Assembly: GCA_030141605.1 (NCBI GenBank)
Contig: JAQGDQ010002371.1
Coordinates: forward strand, 558,001-622,000
Source of the DNA: Tubiluchus corallicola
Taxonomy: Eukaryota; Animalia; Priapulida
Direction: 5' to 3'
DNA: 64,000 nt
This document shows positions 25,201-51,687 of the stretch, piece after piece. Each line of letters opens with the position of its first letter. Position 1 is the stretch's first letter. Both the position numbers and the translations under genes were made by a program. The notes beneath the pieces are model-generated. The model made no database searches. It was not told where the DNA came from and was given only the letters and a program-made list of their open reading frames with translations.

Positions 25201-28200
25201 GCAAAGAAATCTTGCCAATCAAAGTTAATCAAGGTCATTCAAATTAAAGTGTTAAGTAACCTTTGCCTACAAACAGAAACATAAGCCATGCAAATAATAC
25301 TACTACTTCTTAAAACAGGCTGGTTTAAAAAGAGACCTAATCAAAGCTACTGTAATGTCTGTTGCTCATCAATTAGGGCAGAATTACCTGTTACATAATT
25401 TATTATCTTAATTATAAAATGAATTGTTTGTGTAAAAGCGTGAGCTGCCACACAAAGATATTCACCTTGTCTGGAACATTTGGCAAACACAGCAGGCTCC
25501 TTTTACTGCCTGCCTGGTATATGCGAATTTCATGTTATTGTTAGTACAACAGTATAACAGTATGTTATATTCTCTCCCATACTATTTCTGCAAAAATGTG
25601 AGCTGCCACACAAAAACATTCGCCTCGTCTTAGGCATCTGGCAAACACAGCAGATTTCATTTACTGCATGGTACATGCGAACTTCATCTATTGTTAGTAC
25701 AACATTATACTATTCGTCCCTCACTTTGCTAAAGCATGTGCAAATAATATGTAATTGCTGAGCAGTGTTAATTGTCGCACATAATTTATACTATTGTTAA
25801 AATAAGCTTGTTCAATTGTTTATTTTAATGTCTTTTTGCAAATTGTGCTAGAGATTTCGCTTTTGTACCTTCTTGCTCTTAAAATTATCAGCAACAGACT
25901 TTTATTTTATACTTTAATTGATACTGATGCCATATTTCTGCATGGCGCTTACTGAACCAAAATATGGCTCCCTGGACCAAAATATGACATAGATGCTCAC
26001 AGAAATTGTTGAAAAAAATTACAAAATTAGAATATCTTGTGTGATCGTAAGCTTACCGAATGACGCTGCTACATTAGCTATTAAAATGAGAATTCCTGCG
26101 CAAACAAAAAAGTGCGACGCTGAAGGATATAAACCTGAAAAAACACAGAAAACTACTCAATAAGTAAAACATACATCAAAGTTTAAAATAAAAAGCTCAC
26201 TACAAAATAAAAATGCGGGATAAGGATCCATTATTACTTACCCACCATAAAATAGTCTATAAGCGTAAACAGAAATGGCAACAGGATGAAAAATGGTAGC
26301 TGAAAGAACAATGGTAGTTGAATGATACAATAATTTGAAAGATTACACTATTATATCTCAAAACCACTAAATGCCTAATATGGAGTTTTAGTTTCTCTGT
26401 GTGATATTTCATATTACTATTTCTTAACGAGATTAAATATTTCCCCATAAGTATGTAATATTTCTTCCTTTTTTCCTAAAACCTTGCAGCATCGAAAACT
26501 GATGTTGCAGAATTTCAGATTTATAATTAAGTCTGTATTACGTCACACCTTAATTACGTATGCAGCTTTGCAATAATTCTGCATTAAATTAAAAACATTT
26601 ATCCAGTATCACTTACTTGCTTTAAATAACTCTTATCACTAATTTCATCAGTGTATATAATATACAGCCCCTACCTCTGCCAGCATTTTGCTGAGGAAAT
26701 ATGTGTCCAACCTATAGCAACCATTAAAGTGCTCCCTCAGGAAAATGACACACTCTTCACAAAACACCTGCAAGCAGAAACAACTAAAAGTACATATATT
26801 TTAATAACTGGAGTAAAAACATCGGCCTAGTAATAAAAATTTTCAAGCTACATTATTTACAAAATGAATGTGCGTGATTTCAGCTTAACCCAAACTTCCA
26901 AATTCTCTTAAACTTTCATGGAAATTATCCTTATGCAAAAATTGCATACAAGAAGTATTTTAGTGATACATCCAGTGATATATATATATATATATATACA
27001 TCCACCAGGCTGGGAGTAAAGTAAAGGAAGCCGGTAAATAAATGTTTTTTGTAATACGATCAGAAATTCGAGTGGGATCATTAACCTTAAATATGCCTAA
27101 ATTGATTTGCAGGTTCGATTGTGCATGACTGCTCAAGCCAGGTTTGTGAAGACATCAATCGAAGCTTCGATCAAAAAGATTTTCTTTGAAGTGTGATACA
27201 AGGCTATACCTAACAGCGATGCTCAGCTTCTGCTGAAAAAAGTGTCTTGGGTGGTTTCGTCTACCACACTGATCTTAGCTTTTTACCCCATTGAGCAAGG
27301 ATGTGTCTGAATGAAGCCAAGAATTTCTGCCAGTTCAATGTCTCCTTTTAGATAATTATTCTTGATAATGAACCAGATTACGATTCTAACTTCATTAGAT
27401 AAAGCATTTTACTGAAGTATTTTAGAGCTTTGCTGTTTTGTGACGTAACAACACCCCGTTCCGTATTACGGATTCAGCAACGGTGATGCTGCAGTTATTG
27501 AAGCAGTTCGTGTAGATGGGATTTTTACAGTTTTCCCTTACGTGAACTACTGAAAATAAGTTCTGCATAGTCATATTTATAATTAGAAGAAACAGGACGC
27601 CAGTGATGTTTTGCACAGCTTCTTGATTCATTTCCTGCTGCAGGTAGACAATTCCAAGTATTATACCAATCACCTACAAAATAAAAATTTGTGAAAACTG
27701 AAAAGAGTTGAAAAAAGCATCAGATGTTTTGCACTAATAAACCTCTCGTATACAATATTTTTCGCATCATATTCACATAGCTTTTAGTTAGTTAAGTCTG
27801 ATTTCTACTTACCATTGTTTGAAAAGTTCTCACTTTTATTGCCATTGGATCTCGAATCACGCTGATTAATGCTCTGTGTGTTAGAGTGATAAACTGCTTT
27901 ATCCAACTTGCTTTATACCTAAATGAAACATACGCTAAAATGTTTGGTTAACTGTAATTCGCAGGCGACAGACTTTTAGGCTTGTAATTGCTAAACCACT
28001 TACAATAAGAATTACGTGTGCTGGTTATAATTGGCTACTTGATTTTCTACATTAAAGTATACGTGAGTCTGAAAAGGAAAAGATGAAAAAATATCTGTGA
28101 TTGTTTGGCAATACTTGATAAGGAAAACCTCAAGTTAAATTAGTGAAATTGAAATTTAAATGACGGCACTCATTCACTTGTGCAGGTACTTATCGCAAAT

Positions 28201-31200
28201 GCGTCACAAAGTACAACCACAATAATCGTGACAACAAAAATGCTAGCAGCAAGGAGTTCAGATGCATTTTGAATTTGGAAGTCTGGTTTTTCAGTTTTTG
28301 TATTCTTGTTTCCAGTGGTATTTTCAACAATTTTTTACGCAAAAAGTAGCTAAAACTAATTTAATAAAAACTCATAAACTGCAATCTTTTGTATTATTAC
28401 TAAATAATTAAAATATAGTTACTGGATTGTATTTAATGAACAGAGGTTACTTACGCAGAACGATGAGCCAGCAATTCACCGAACTGAAAAAATGCATGTA
28501 TAAATAATTGCAATGAAACTGCTGAAAACAGCTGTCTTGGTTAAGCGTTATTTGTAATACATAACAAGATATTACAAAATTGCATTTACTACAAATATCA
28601 ACAAAGCACACCACAAAGCGGAACATCCCCTGACAACAGTATTATTCCGTATTGGTTCCTGTGACTCAGACTTTTAACCCTGGGGCTCCAAAAGCGATAA
28701 GGTTCTTCTCCTATTGATGGGTGGCCCACATGTGAAAGTCGAATGCATTGCATTAATTTTTTAGACTTAGAATGAGTCCGCAACCTTTTTCAAGTAGTGT
28801 ATCCTATGACACTGACTTTTGATCTTAAGGCCTCAAAACCCATAAGATTCTTCCCCTGTTGACAGTCGATGAATACGTAAAATATGAAAGTTTAGGCTAT
28901 GTGTTCACAAACTTTTCCAACTGAGACCTTGACCTTTGATAAGGGGCGCACAAAGTCGATAGGGCCGTTTCTCTACTGACAGATGAGCCTATATATTATA
29001 TGAAAAATGAATGTCATGTTTGAAAAAAGGTTAGCTTGAAAAGTGTTCACAAGACCAATAACGAAATTACAGACAAACGGGCGGGCGGAAGCATGGACAG
29101 CCAAAGGGACAGATGCACGAACGGAGGCTTACTATACTGAATAACATATTAACAGATCCAACATTAGTGATTGTTAATAAATGCTACTAAACTGAACAAC
29201 ATATTAAAAGATGCAATGCCAATTAATATCAGCTGCTTTCTTACGTCAATGAGCTGTTCATTTCGATTATCCTCCATGATAACTTGTTTGACAAGATAAC
29301 CTTGAGGGGAAACTTCAAATGCGTTACATATTCTCTGAAAGTAACAAGTTGGAAAGTAAGAAAAACGAAAAGACAGTTTTAATTAATGAAAATTACAATT
29401 AATGAAAGCCGTTATTCACCCAACAAATTATTAATAAAAAATGTTTTAACAAAATTCAATTGAAGTTATAAGCTCAAATAATTATAAAATCTTTACTACA
29501 GGTAATGCTGCAGCTGCGTACGTACCTCTACTTTGTCTTTGCATTGGGCCTCCTTTTCTGGGATTACAGCTAAACTGTGCACATAGTAATCAGCAGGATT
29601 AAACTTTGGTGGACATTTGTAATCCATCGTCTTGAAAAATGTATGAATAGTTTTTCTTGAACCTAAATATGCCACCCTGCCTTCTGCCATTAACAATATC
29701 CTGCATTACAATTTAGAGAATAGTAATTTATTTTTACATATATAGGCCTACATAAAAAACATTGTCAAGCAGTTGTTTCTATGGTCCAAGTAAGTTAGCA
29801 GAAGGCAAATTTGGAATTTTAAGCGAGTAAAACAAAGTCTAAAACCAGCAAAAAACTGTATCCTAAAATTACAAAAAAATACTCAGGAAAAAGCATAAGT
29901 AAATGGAAATACATAGGCGTTTAAAAATGCTATCAACCGTCATTCAGAACTAGAAATTAGGGAATACGTTAAATATGTCTTAGAAAGCATAAAAGTCATA
30001 CGAGATTTAAAAGTTAAAAGTTTAAAATTTAAATAACTAAATACAAATTTTTAATGTTTTCAGGTAAAAACATATTTTAAATTTAAAATGACTCAGCAAT
30101 AAAAATTGGAAGCCAAAAGTAACTACGTAGTCACTATTACTGTTAAAATGGTTTATAAAATATATATGTATTTAGATAGTGAAGCATGAAGTCTACATTT
30201 TTGCATGTAGAAAATGTATACACGGCACTTTTACCTGTCGAACATGGCATACACTTCAGATGAAGGTTGATGTATGGTGCACAGGATAGTTCGCCCTTTA
30301 CAAGCCATGTCTTTCAAAACAGATATGATGTTTTGTGCCATAAAGGAGTCCAAACCAGATGTTGGTTCATCGCAAAACATTAATTTTGGATTTGTTAGCA
30401 TCTAGAAAAAGGCATTTATTTCATTATAGTTGCTGAAATAATTATGACAAATGTTTTTTCTCTTTACAGATCATTTGTAAATGCTATGATGCTAATTCAA
30501 GACCCATAACATTGCAGGTATAGTTAGAGCAAACTTATTTTCAAACAATGTAAGACTGATTTTAACAGTCTTTTAATAAAAATTGTTATGACAATGATGG
30601 GTAGGTAAAATTTTCAAACTATTCTACATATAGTAGCTACCATGTCATTATTAACCTTCAGTAATAGCACAGACACAAAAGGTGCCAGCAATATTTTAAT
30701 AAATACAAACGAGTCAATGCTTCTTCATTATCAAAGTATAACTTACTAACCTCAGATGCAAATGCAAGACGCTTTCTTTCGCCTCCTGAAATACCTTTTA
30801 TTCTACCAGGGACGCCTATCCATGTGTTCTCGCATTTCTTTAAACCAAGCTGTAATGGCAAATAATTATTTCACATGATTTTGCTTCCTTCTTTCTATTC
30901 TTTTCATAATTTTTTCGATGCCCCCTTTTCCCTTCATTCCTTTTTAAGTCTTTCATTCTTCTGAAAATTTTTTATGCTTTTTCTTTGACTATTTTTTCCT
31001 CTTTTATCATCGGCAGAATTGAGTAATTTAATTATGGCTCGAAAAAATTTAGTATAAATTATTTTAAAATCCTAAAAACGAATACAGGTGTAGCAAATTA
31101 CCTCCGTGAGAGTTTCTTCGACTTTCTTCATTCGCTGAGAATACGTGAATTCTTTGTCCATCCTCAATAGAGCCTACAACTCAAAACAGCAGATATTTTA

Positions 31201-34200
31201 GATGTACAATTTTGCACAGCAGCACAGCATAAGACCAGTGATCTAGTGTTTAGCATACATTGTTGTCCTGAACGCTATACTGTATCGCCTGACATTTTTG
31301 TATTGCTGTATTGTATTGCACTGCATTGTTGTTGTGTTACTGAAATGTATTGATTTGTTGTTTTGTTATGTTGATACTGAATTGTTTGCAGTGGTATAGT
31401 TTGTTTCATTGTTTAAAAATAACTTGCGTTGTACAAGGTACACTAAAATGATTAGTACAAGCTACACTGCCACACTTTGTTTTAATCATTTTTGTTATTT
31501 ATTTTTTAAGAAATGTTTGAAAAATGCTTTTGGTACTCTATATAAGACAGTAATATAAGCTAAATTGTAAAAAGAAGTGTAATGAACTAAAAACCTTAAT
31601 CTGTTTCAAATGTAGACAAACTCTGTGTGGTGAAGCTTTTGACAGTGCAATTAAAATACCTGAAATCTCAAATGTTCTTTTACTTTTAGGGTACCAATGA
31701 ACAAATCTTCCTGCTGAACGTATGCCGAAATGGACCTCATGCCAGGACCAAAACCAATTGGCTGTCCATTAATTTTGACTGTACCCTCAACAGTATACAT
31801 TTCAGTATTCCTGTGCGTCAGAATGTTCATAAGTGTACTTTTGCCTGCACCACTAAAACAAACAAACAACAAATGAATCTTGCTTCTGGTTCGTATCCTT
31901 ACTTGTCAGCCAGTCGGCTTGTAAAGTAATAATTATTGCAAAACTGATTTAACATGAATTTTGGCTATGATAATTTCGGAAAATAATTACAGCTAAATAA
32001 ACTCTTTTAAATCGATCCGAGTGTATAGAATCTATTTTGCCTTCAATTTGACAATATAAATATTTTTGTCAACAATATAATTTTTCTTAATATGACTATG
32101 CTTTTATACCTGGCACCCATAATTGCTAACAGCGTACCGGCTTTTGCGTACCCAGTAACTGCAATAACAAATTTTCACAAAACATATTAATGAAACTTGT
32201 AAATTAATGTCGTTGGAATAAACAAGCGAGCAGGACAACTTTTTACAACAATTTACTAGATGCAGTTGGGATGAGCACTCCTAACAGACTAACGTGAATT
32301 ACTTAATCTCATTATTAACTAAATAAAAGGCCTACACCTCTCGGGAATGCATTTTCCAAAACATTCTCAAATTTAAAATGGCATAAAGTAAAACCAAGCT
32401 GCATTAACAGTGCAGTCTCCTGAGTATAGCATGAAGGTGCTGCTGCCTTATCCTTTGTGCTACGGAACTTATAGTAGAAGCAAGCCCTCAGCTCTAAGCG
32501 AGAACTCGAATCACTTTACTGCAGCACAAAGCTATGCTAAACTAAATACGAAAATTGGGTGCAGAGTGAAGAAAACGTGTTATTACAAAAATTATTTACA
32601 GTTTCTATATGCGCTCTACTTACACGATCTTAATTTATTCGGGTGGCCAGTGACTACACCTATCAGAAACAATTCAATCTTTTGTAGAAGCAGCCCGTTC
32701 TGTGCTAGTTAGTTTAACGTATATTTCTCAAAATTATTTACTTTTAGAGGAATTTAAATAAACAGATTGTTTAACTTAGATGCACATTGAAATGGCCAAC
32801 TCAAGTTATTAAAATAATGTGACAAAGACTAATGTAATGTCGTGCTAGTAAATAGTCTTTAAATTTTGTTTTAATACCATTTCGGAGAATATGCTTCTTA
32901 ACTCTTTTTTCTGTTTGCTTTTCCGGGTCAGATTGTCCAGCTTCTCTATCATGTCGACTTCGTCCACCTTTCAGCGTCGCCCAGACGTTTATATTCTCCC
33001 AAGTTATGTTAACCTAAGCAATATAATAATTTCATGCCCATAATCGTAAGAAAATTGATAACAAACAGAGTTTACAATAAATTTTGTGTATTTATTTAAT
33101 AATAAATATTGTTGGGTTGACTATATATAATCCGATCGATGTTATACTGTAAAATGGAGTGTACTGAATGGATAATATTCAAGCAAAATGGAAAAAAGAA
33201 AGTGGTTGCTCAATATTATTTTCATTTTGTTTGTAAAACGCTAAAACGTTTATTACGATTGCTGAAAGATAGCCACATAACGTTATGAGCATCGGCGAGC
33301 TCTCTGTGCCTCTTAACATATAAGGAATTTCTAACTTACCGCATCAAGTTCACTAACACTCAATACTTTTTTAATGGGTTCCTTTCTCATCACATTTTTC
33401 GACATGCCAGCAAACTGAACGCCAGAATGTGAAATCTCTTCGTACATCGGTACATGAACATTACTTCTACTGATGGAATAATCACTAGCAGCATTGTCAC
33501 ATGCAGCATTGTTGCCGGTATCCATACTGAGCATGCTCTAGCAGAACGTTTTAAATGACGTTCACTTATAATGATTCAAACATTTGCTTAAGGCAAAACG
33601 TGTCACTTACAGAGGCATAAAATATTGTACTTCAAGCTCACACAACGATGGTATATTGTGAAAAGCCACGTTTCACAATGAATTTTAACATGGATTAACA
33701 AAAGCGAAACTATTTCTTTAAACTTAAACAACTAAAATAAGAATCAAAACAATTAATAAAAAAATCCCAGAATAGTTTTCAATTAATTGTTACGTCTTAT
33801 TGGTGAGGCACAGAACTGTATCATCAAAAGTTCACACCACACATCGATTTTACTTAATATCAACTAGTAGCAAACAAACACTGTTTTTTATGCCGCACAA
33901 CATTCAAGGTGCAAAAAAGGTGAAAGTCTAAAGGTCAAAACTGCAGGAGCTTTTAAATGGCTATTATATGTGACTGTAACGTAAATTGAGAAAGCATAGC
34001 TGTACACACTAAAAGACTGCCTGGTTGACTTAAATAAATGGAAGTTTTTGCTTAGAGGAAGAACCAATTCTCGAATAAGATTGTGTTTTAATATACACCT
34101 AAAAATCTTAATTAAGACGTAATATAGGCGCATAAAATGCGTTGCTTAAAATTGCGAAAGAAATTTAAGTCATTTATATCTCTCGCCAAACAAACCTCGC

Positions 34201-34345
34201 TGCGGGAGTATTGTAAAAAATTACGTAAGTTGGTGGAAAGCACGAAGGCATGCATACGATGCTTTTGCACTTCACTCAAAAATTCCACTATAGTAGCTGA
34301 CTAAAGAGTCGCTTACAGAGCATCCGGAATGCGTTATGCATTATC
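22285..34345. repeat. Tandem segmental duplication, unit 2 (contains copy C)
   Basis: See unit 1. Homology ends at CATCCGGAATGCGTTATGC (22258 and 34321). Confidence 0.93.
23861..33534 (-). CDS. White-like ABCG half-transporter, copy C (19 exons; recent duplicate of B)
   Basis: Exons: 33340-33534 (alternative ATG 33525), 32878-33013, 32110-32158, 31660-31852, 31102-31173, 30751-30849, 30235-30401, 29526-29700, 29245-29334, 28455-28483, 27813-27918, 27542-27673, 26675-26767, 26242-26299, 26057-26134, 25062-25167, 24593-24693 (GC donor), 24322-24401, 23861-23962. All ABC motifs are intact and the introns are near-identical to B. Confidence 0.92.
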
Positions 34346-34516
34346 CAAATGCGGAATACCTGCGTATAAAATATCAATGGGACATAGCTGCAGGAAAAAA
34401 TAACGCATAACGTAAGTTTGATAAACGGGTGCATTGAAAACAATATAAACCGATTTTATCTATTTTGCATCCGCATAACGCATACGCATTCCGGATGTCT
34501 AGTAAACACCACTTAA
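34302..34516. mobile_element. ~215-bp MITE (superfamily uncertain, possibly PIF/Harbinger-like); truncated copy at ~22240-22285
   Basis: Perfect inverted core CATCCGGAATGCGT (34321-34334) / ACGCATTCCGGATG (34484-34497), extending imperfectly to TAA/TTA-flanked ends. It has no ORF. Confidence 0.7.
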
Positions 34517-34980
34517 TTATTTGTGTTTAACTGTGTTAAAAATTAGTCGACCGATCCGTTTTTAATAACTTTTAAGTGTTTGCATAGCTTTAATCCACGG
34601 GATTATAACTCAAAATGCGTAAATAATACACAACATTATTACAGGTAAGCGTAGAGTTATGCGAAGCTGCGCAAACTTAACGCATAGAGTTCAGTTTTAG
34701 CTTGCTAAAATAATTATTCTGTTATTTGTATTAAATAGTAGTAACTGTAACTGCAAAAGAAGTTCGTTCAAGCTCTGGCGAAATAAGTGTTTAGTTTAAA
34801 TTTTCCGTTTTGTTTGCTAATTTAAATTTTGCCTCTTCTCATTGCCAAATTTATTTATTGTTTCTAAGTTTAAACTCATTTGAACTTTTGCCTCATTTAT
34901 TTTTTATTTTGTTAAGTTGCTGATTATTTTCATTTGTACATACCTTACTTGACAGGTCACTTAATTTTCTTCAGTTTGAA

Positions 34981-37200
34981 TAGGGGTGGTTGACTTGGTG
35001 ACCCTTGGTCTTTTCGCCACCCCGTCTTTATTTTAGTTTTTAGCGTTTGTTTATGTTTATTTTGTAACATTCAGAGAAAAATAATCTTTTTTTTTACTTT
35101 CTACTTTTACTTTATTTCGAAATGACCGCCCCAAGGCCTATAGTCCAACAATTTTATTGTTGAAACTTTCGTACATTTTTCTCAAATGTTAAAATATGCC
35201 CAATTTCTCAAGAGACTTGATTTTTGCTTTTGGGTTAATATTATGTTTTTGGGTTATTCGCATGAAAATAACTCTATAGAGCCGCTCATTTCGCTGTGAT
35301 GTTGTTCTCGCTTGTGTAATTCCAAACTCATTCCATACCATTTTTACCTTGTACTGTATTTACTTGTACCAAAAGTGCCTGACAAAACTTCATTAGTACC
35401 ATATTTACCAGTACCAAATTTTCCCGGTACCAAAATTTCATCGTACCAAAATTACCAGGACCAAACTTACTTCTACCGAACTTACTAGTTCCAGTTCTGC
35501 CGTTCAGTGTCCAGAATTAGTGTCGTTGCAACATCTACATTAGTTAAAGTCTGCCATTGAGCACTGGTCAAAGTTTGAAAAGTGTTATACTCCACAAAAA
35601 AATCTGACAGCTTTTCGGCTTGAACCGATAACCTGTTGAACACAACCAACTTCAACAACAATGGCGAAAAGAAAAGGGCTTCAACTGACTAGATGAACTT
35701 TTGTGCAATTTAGCACCTACATTTACTACTGTGTAAGCGTTGTTCACAGACATGACTATAATTGAAATAAACAAGACAGAAATGATGTTTTGCACGGCTT
35801 CCTGGTTTAGTTCCTGCTGCAGATAGATGACTCCAAGAATTACACCCATCACCTATAAATGCAAAATTGGTGAATTGCGGTGAAAATAAAACGTATATAA
35901 GGAAGTACCTAATTAGATTGCAATGAAAAAGCAACAGCAGTAGGCAGCTTCACTTGCCAAAAATTAAACAAGCTCAAAAGCTCAAAAATAATTCGTTTTA
36001 TTATCGAGATATACCTGATGCACTTTACGTTAATAATTAATCAACTATGGCATATCGTATACAAGAGCAAAAAGAAATTTATAAACGTAGTAATAGTAAA
36101 TCATATTCAATATGTTACTACAACTAGTGCTTTATAAAAGTGAACACAGAAAAACCTTGTTAAACTAATTCACCGCGTTAATATGCCTACTTCAGCACGT
36201 AATAGGTAAAAACCTAAACAGCAATGTGGAACAAAACAGAGGGAGCAATATAAATAGTAGCTAACAAATCTAGAAACTCTTGTCTGATATATTCACTAGA
36301 CAATAGTTTAATAAACTATTAAACAACATAGATCCGACAAGCGAATAATGAATAGTATGATCAAGATGTGCCAAGAAAAAAGTAATTTGTGCGTATTTTG
36401 TTACTCAGTATCATTTCATTCAAACAATAAAATATATTTCTATAATGTATTCTTAAAGCATCAAGTTCACTGACACTCACAGCATGTCCAATTGGCTTCC
36501 TTTTCTCTACATTTTTCGGCATTCTCGCAAATTGAATGCCGGAATCTGGAACTTCTTCGTATAAAGGTACGTGCATACTGCTTCCACTAGCTGAATAATC
36601 ATTAGTGTTCCTTGGAATTTCACCGACTTCGCGAATGTTGTCACCCATATATTGACTATTGACTGGTACGTGCTACAACTTCCTGACATCTGGCGGTATT
36701 CATAGTGAATATACTGTTTGTAAACCGTCTAACATAATAGCATGCTGAAGCCTCAAATTAGAGGGCTACTGCCGAAAGCCAAAACAAGTCTCTTTATGAA
36801 ACCAGAAAATTAATTATATTACCCAAAAAACGTGTAGTTTTCAATCCTCAATAAACCAAATTATGTCAACACGAAATGACACCTAAGTAATTATTAGAGC
36901 ACTACGCCAGAACTAATGCACAAATAACAAAAAAGCTCAAAATAGTTTTTATTAATTGTTCCTTTTATTTGAAGCTACGTTTTCTTGACGGCGCGAAGGT
37001 GTTTCATCAAACTTTACACGACACATTGGCTTTAAAAACACATTTATCTCTAAAACCTCCTTAAACTAGAGTCCACAGATTTTTTTTCCCATTGTACTCA
37101 AAGTGCGAAAAGGTGAAAGTCTAAAAATAAAAGCAAAGTTTTTGAAATAGCTGCTATGTCTAGCCGGCGTAAAACAAACTGAGAAAGTATAGATGCTCCC
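34981..37200 (-). pseudogene. Internally deleted white-like pseudogene (upstream region + exon 1 + exon 12 + part of intron 12)
   Basis: The exon-1 homolog 36457-36648 (..DYSASGSSMHVPLYEEVPDSGIQFA..SVSELDA) has its donor changed from GTAAGT to TTAAGA. The exon-12 homolog 35721-35852 ([44 protein letters not shown]) keeps AG/GT. Only ~600 nt separate them, so exons 2-11 are absent. 36850-37200 resembles the B/C upstream region. Confidence 0.85.
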
Positions 37201-39243
37201 ATCCCGAATTAGGTAAATTAAACTGTTTTTCTCGTTTAGAATAATTTTATACAAAAATAAAGAAATATTAGTTATAAATTTTAGTTTTATAGACGTTCTA
37301 AAAAAGCACATAATAGCAAAGTTCTGAAAAAATTTCACTGGATTTAATTTTTTTACTAAGTAGGAACCAAGATCAGAGGACGTTTAGTTCACTGCAAGGC
37401 GATTAGGCCTAGAAAGCAGAATAAAACAAGATATAGTGCAGCACCCACATTTTGGTAACTTTTTAAAAAACTGTGCACTAACGACTGTATAATGACACTA
37501 CGAAAAGTTCTACCTAACGGTGGTAGTTTTCGCGATTTTTCATTTTTGTGACTATTCAACTCACAATTTTATAGAAAAAACAAACTAAGACAGTGGCATC
37601 GTCAAGAAAAGTAATGGGTAGCTTTTAAATTCTAATGCGAAATTAAAGCTCGTATATAATCCTCTGTACCGACCGGTAACCCTTGACCCGTAACCCGTAA
37701 ACCAACTTGGCTTCCCTAATACATCGTAACTGCAGAGAATGTAATATCCGCGAGAGAAGGATAGTAACAAGAGGCAGCAATCTCCAGGTGTATGGATGAT
37801 TGTATGTGTGTATGTGTATAGTAGGCAACAATGTGGATTGCTCAATGTGGATTGCTGAACAAGCTAATATTTTCGACCAGCAGAAGTTAGACTCGAAGGA
37901 CTTTCTATGAAGAATACTCGTAATTATGATACAACGTACCCGCGACTCCGAAATCATAGCGACTGCTTCATATTTTCTTTACGTTTAACCAAAATTTATT
38001 CCGCTATTAAGCAATAATTTTGAAATTCATAATATAAATAATAATTACCCCAAAATTAATTAAACTCATGGCGCGAAGACAATTTTAAACTAACCTAGCT
38101 AATAATTATTCTGGCTTGAGCAAGCTAACACTTGAAAATATTGAATTGGTTAGTTAACTGTTAGAACTGAATATTATCACATAGGCATGTACAGTTAAGT
38201 GCCATGGAACTGAACTTGTATTCCAAAGATTCTTGGTGCAAATCTGGGCTCACTTTCTTCTCATCCATCTCCTCATCCATGCTCAATTTGGTTTCAAAAA
38301 CTAAAATACTGGCGAGCTTATTTCGTTATTAACTAATAACCTTGAAATTAGATTATATTATTCATAATTACTTGCGATCATGACAACCAAACAATCATAG
38401 AATTGCACAGCTAATTTCCTTACTTCCTGTAACACTTAAAAAAACAAAAATAATGGGTATTATAATTACTATATGAGCACTTTATTAAACCTTTTTATAA
38501 AACAATGTAATTGTTAATTCATTAAACAAATCTTCAATCAAATTATTAAAGAACTCTCAAATACACTATTCATAACAAGCACAAAAATGACAACAGTGTT
38601 GTTCCAACGAAAATTAGTTGTCCTTATTCCTTATCTCATTTTATTTTAGTTTTAATTAAGATTTAAATTATTCAGTTAATATTACATAAAATAAAACAGT
38701 AAAAAGAAATACATTACAATAACAGAAATATGTATACATATATATATATAAGATATATATATGTATATAACAAAGATAAAGCCCTTTGTAAGCGAACAGA
38801 CCATCCACAGAGTAACATGGCACCTGCATGGGTGGTTTCGCTTAAACTCGATTCATTTTTCAATTCGACCATTTCTTTGGCCTCCTAAGCATCTAAGTTA
38901 TGTGCAGTTGACTATGCATAAGAAATGAAAAAACAGTCAGAGAAGATTTTTTCATGTGAACTACGAGTGTAGTTTTAGTAGTCAAAATAAAATTATTACG
39001 TCTCAGTGTGGACGGGAAATTGCGAGGTACAATTATAATTTTTTAAAGCACTTTAGTCTAGCTATACTCGCAAAAAATGTTATAAAACATAGTAAATATT
39101 TCCATCACATGTATGCCTTAATGTAATCCTTAAAAAGTTTTTTTCAAAAATTTGAACTTTTTAGTTCAAAAATTTATCATTACAAATGTCAAATAAATGT
39201 CGCAATGTGTTATATATACAACCCGCAGTGCTTAACCTGCAGT

Positions 39244-50446
<11,203 letters not shown>

Positions 50447-51687
50447 TCCGCATGTGTTTTAAAAATTCTGTACAGAAGCCAGTAACTGTCGATTTAGCAT
50501 ATTTTTAGATATTTGTTTATTTAAAATTCTTTTATGAATCGTGATTGGCAACACCATCAGATTTATATTTTTCGCCATTGGATCTTGCGCTTTACATAAC
50601 AATTTATTTTATTATAATGCCTTAATAAAGGTGAAAGTAATTAAGCCACACATTATTACAAAACACTTGAAAAAACATTAAACATTTACGTTGTAATTTT
50701 TACTTTGATTCAGATTCAAATTTCACAAGAACAGTGGCTTCTACAAGATATCTATCTTAGAAGAAAATGTAAGCAAGCAAAATTACCTTGAAGGCTGCTC
50801 ACAATATAAACGACAAAAATATTCTCACGAAATTTCTCGCGTCGAACAGCTATCTCATTTAGCAATCCAGTTTAACTTATTAATAATATTACTCTTTTCA
50901 TTCGTTGTTCATACAGAAATTTGGTTATTGAGAGATCTGTGTATATTTCTTATGATCTTTGGAACCCAGCATTATTTGCATTAATTGCAGAAATGAGATG
51001 AGAATTGTTATTTACTTTACTATTTAAATTGGTTCGCGCTAAACGGGACGTATTATAAGCTCACGTTATTTAGTCAAGGTATAATATTGCAGCCAAAGGT
51101 CAATATAACGAGTCGGGGCTTTTGATAAACAAGGCAGAAATAGTTTCTCAACTGAGAACGTCTTGTAAATCTTGATGCCTTTAGCCATTTGCCAGTAACA
51201 CAGGAAAAACTTGACCTTCTAATTCCTAGTAAAGTCGCCGGTCGATGTAGTCCCTATTTCTAATTTAGCCATGCACGCAAGTTACACAATTTTATGGTTA
51301 TTAAGATTTATCTGAAAGCTTAATGTCTTAGGGATATGTCTCAATTTTAGCTTTGGTATTTTCTGCAGAAAACAACTGCATCACTGGTTAATTTTAAATT
51401 TTAAATGAAAGCTGGAAACCTTGCCGCCACTGTTTTTTTACTTGTAAAACGTTTTTGGACTATATCAACACTAAAATTCAAGTCTAGCACTAGATTACAA
51501 CTTTTCGTGTTAACCAATAATGTGTGACTCGGGTGTATGGATTCATTAAGCTAGAAATATATCAACTGGCGACTCTCTTGGAAGTTATGCGCAACTGTAA
51601 CTGGTATCGCAGAGCGGCTTCATCAACTTACACACAAGGAAAACTAGCAGCTTTGTCACATTATTTTGTTGGGATTTCGGCATAAAA

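Noticed and set aside
38791-38842. Hairpin (AGCGAA..ACCATCC / GGGTGGT TTCGCT) ~400 nt past the stop of D
   Set aside because: A single short stem, not conserved downstream of B or C, with no SECIS or miRNA features.
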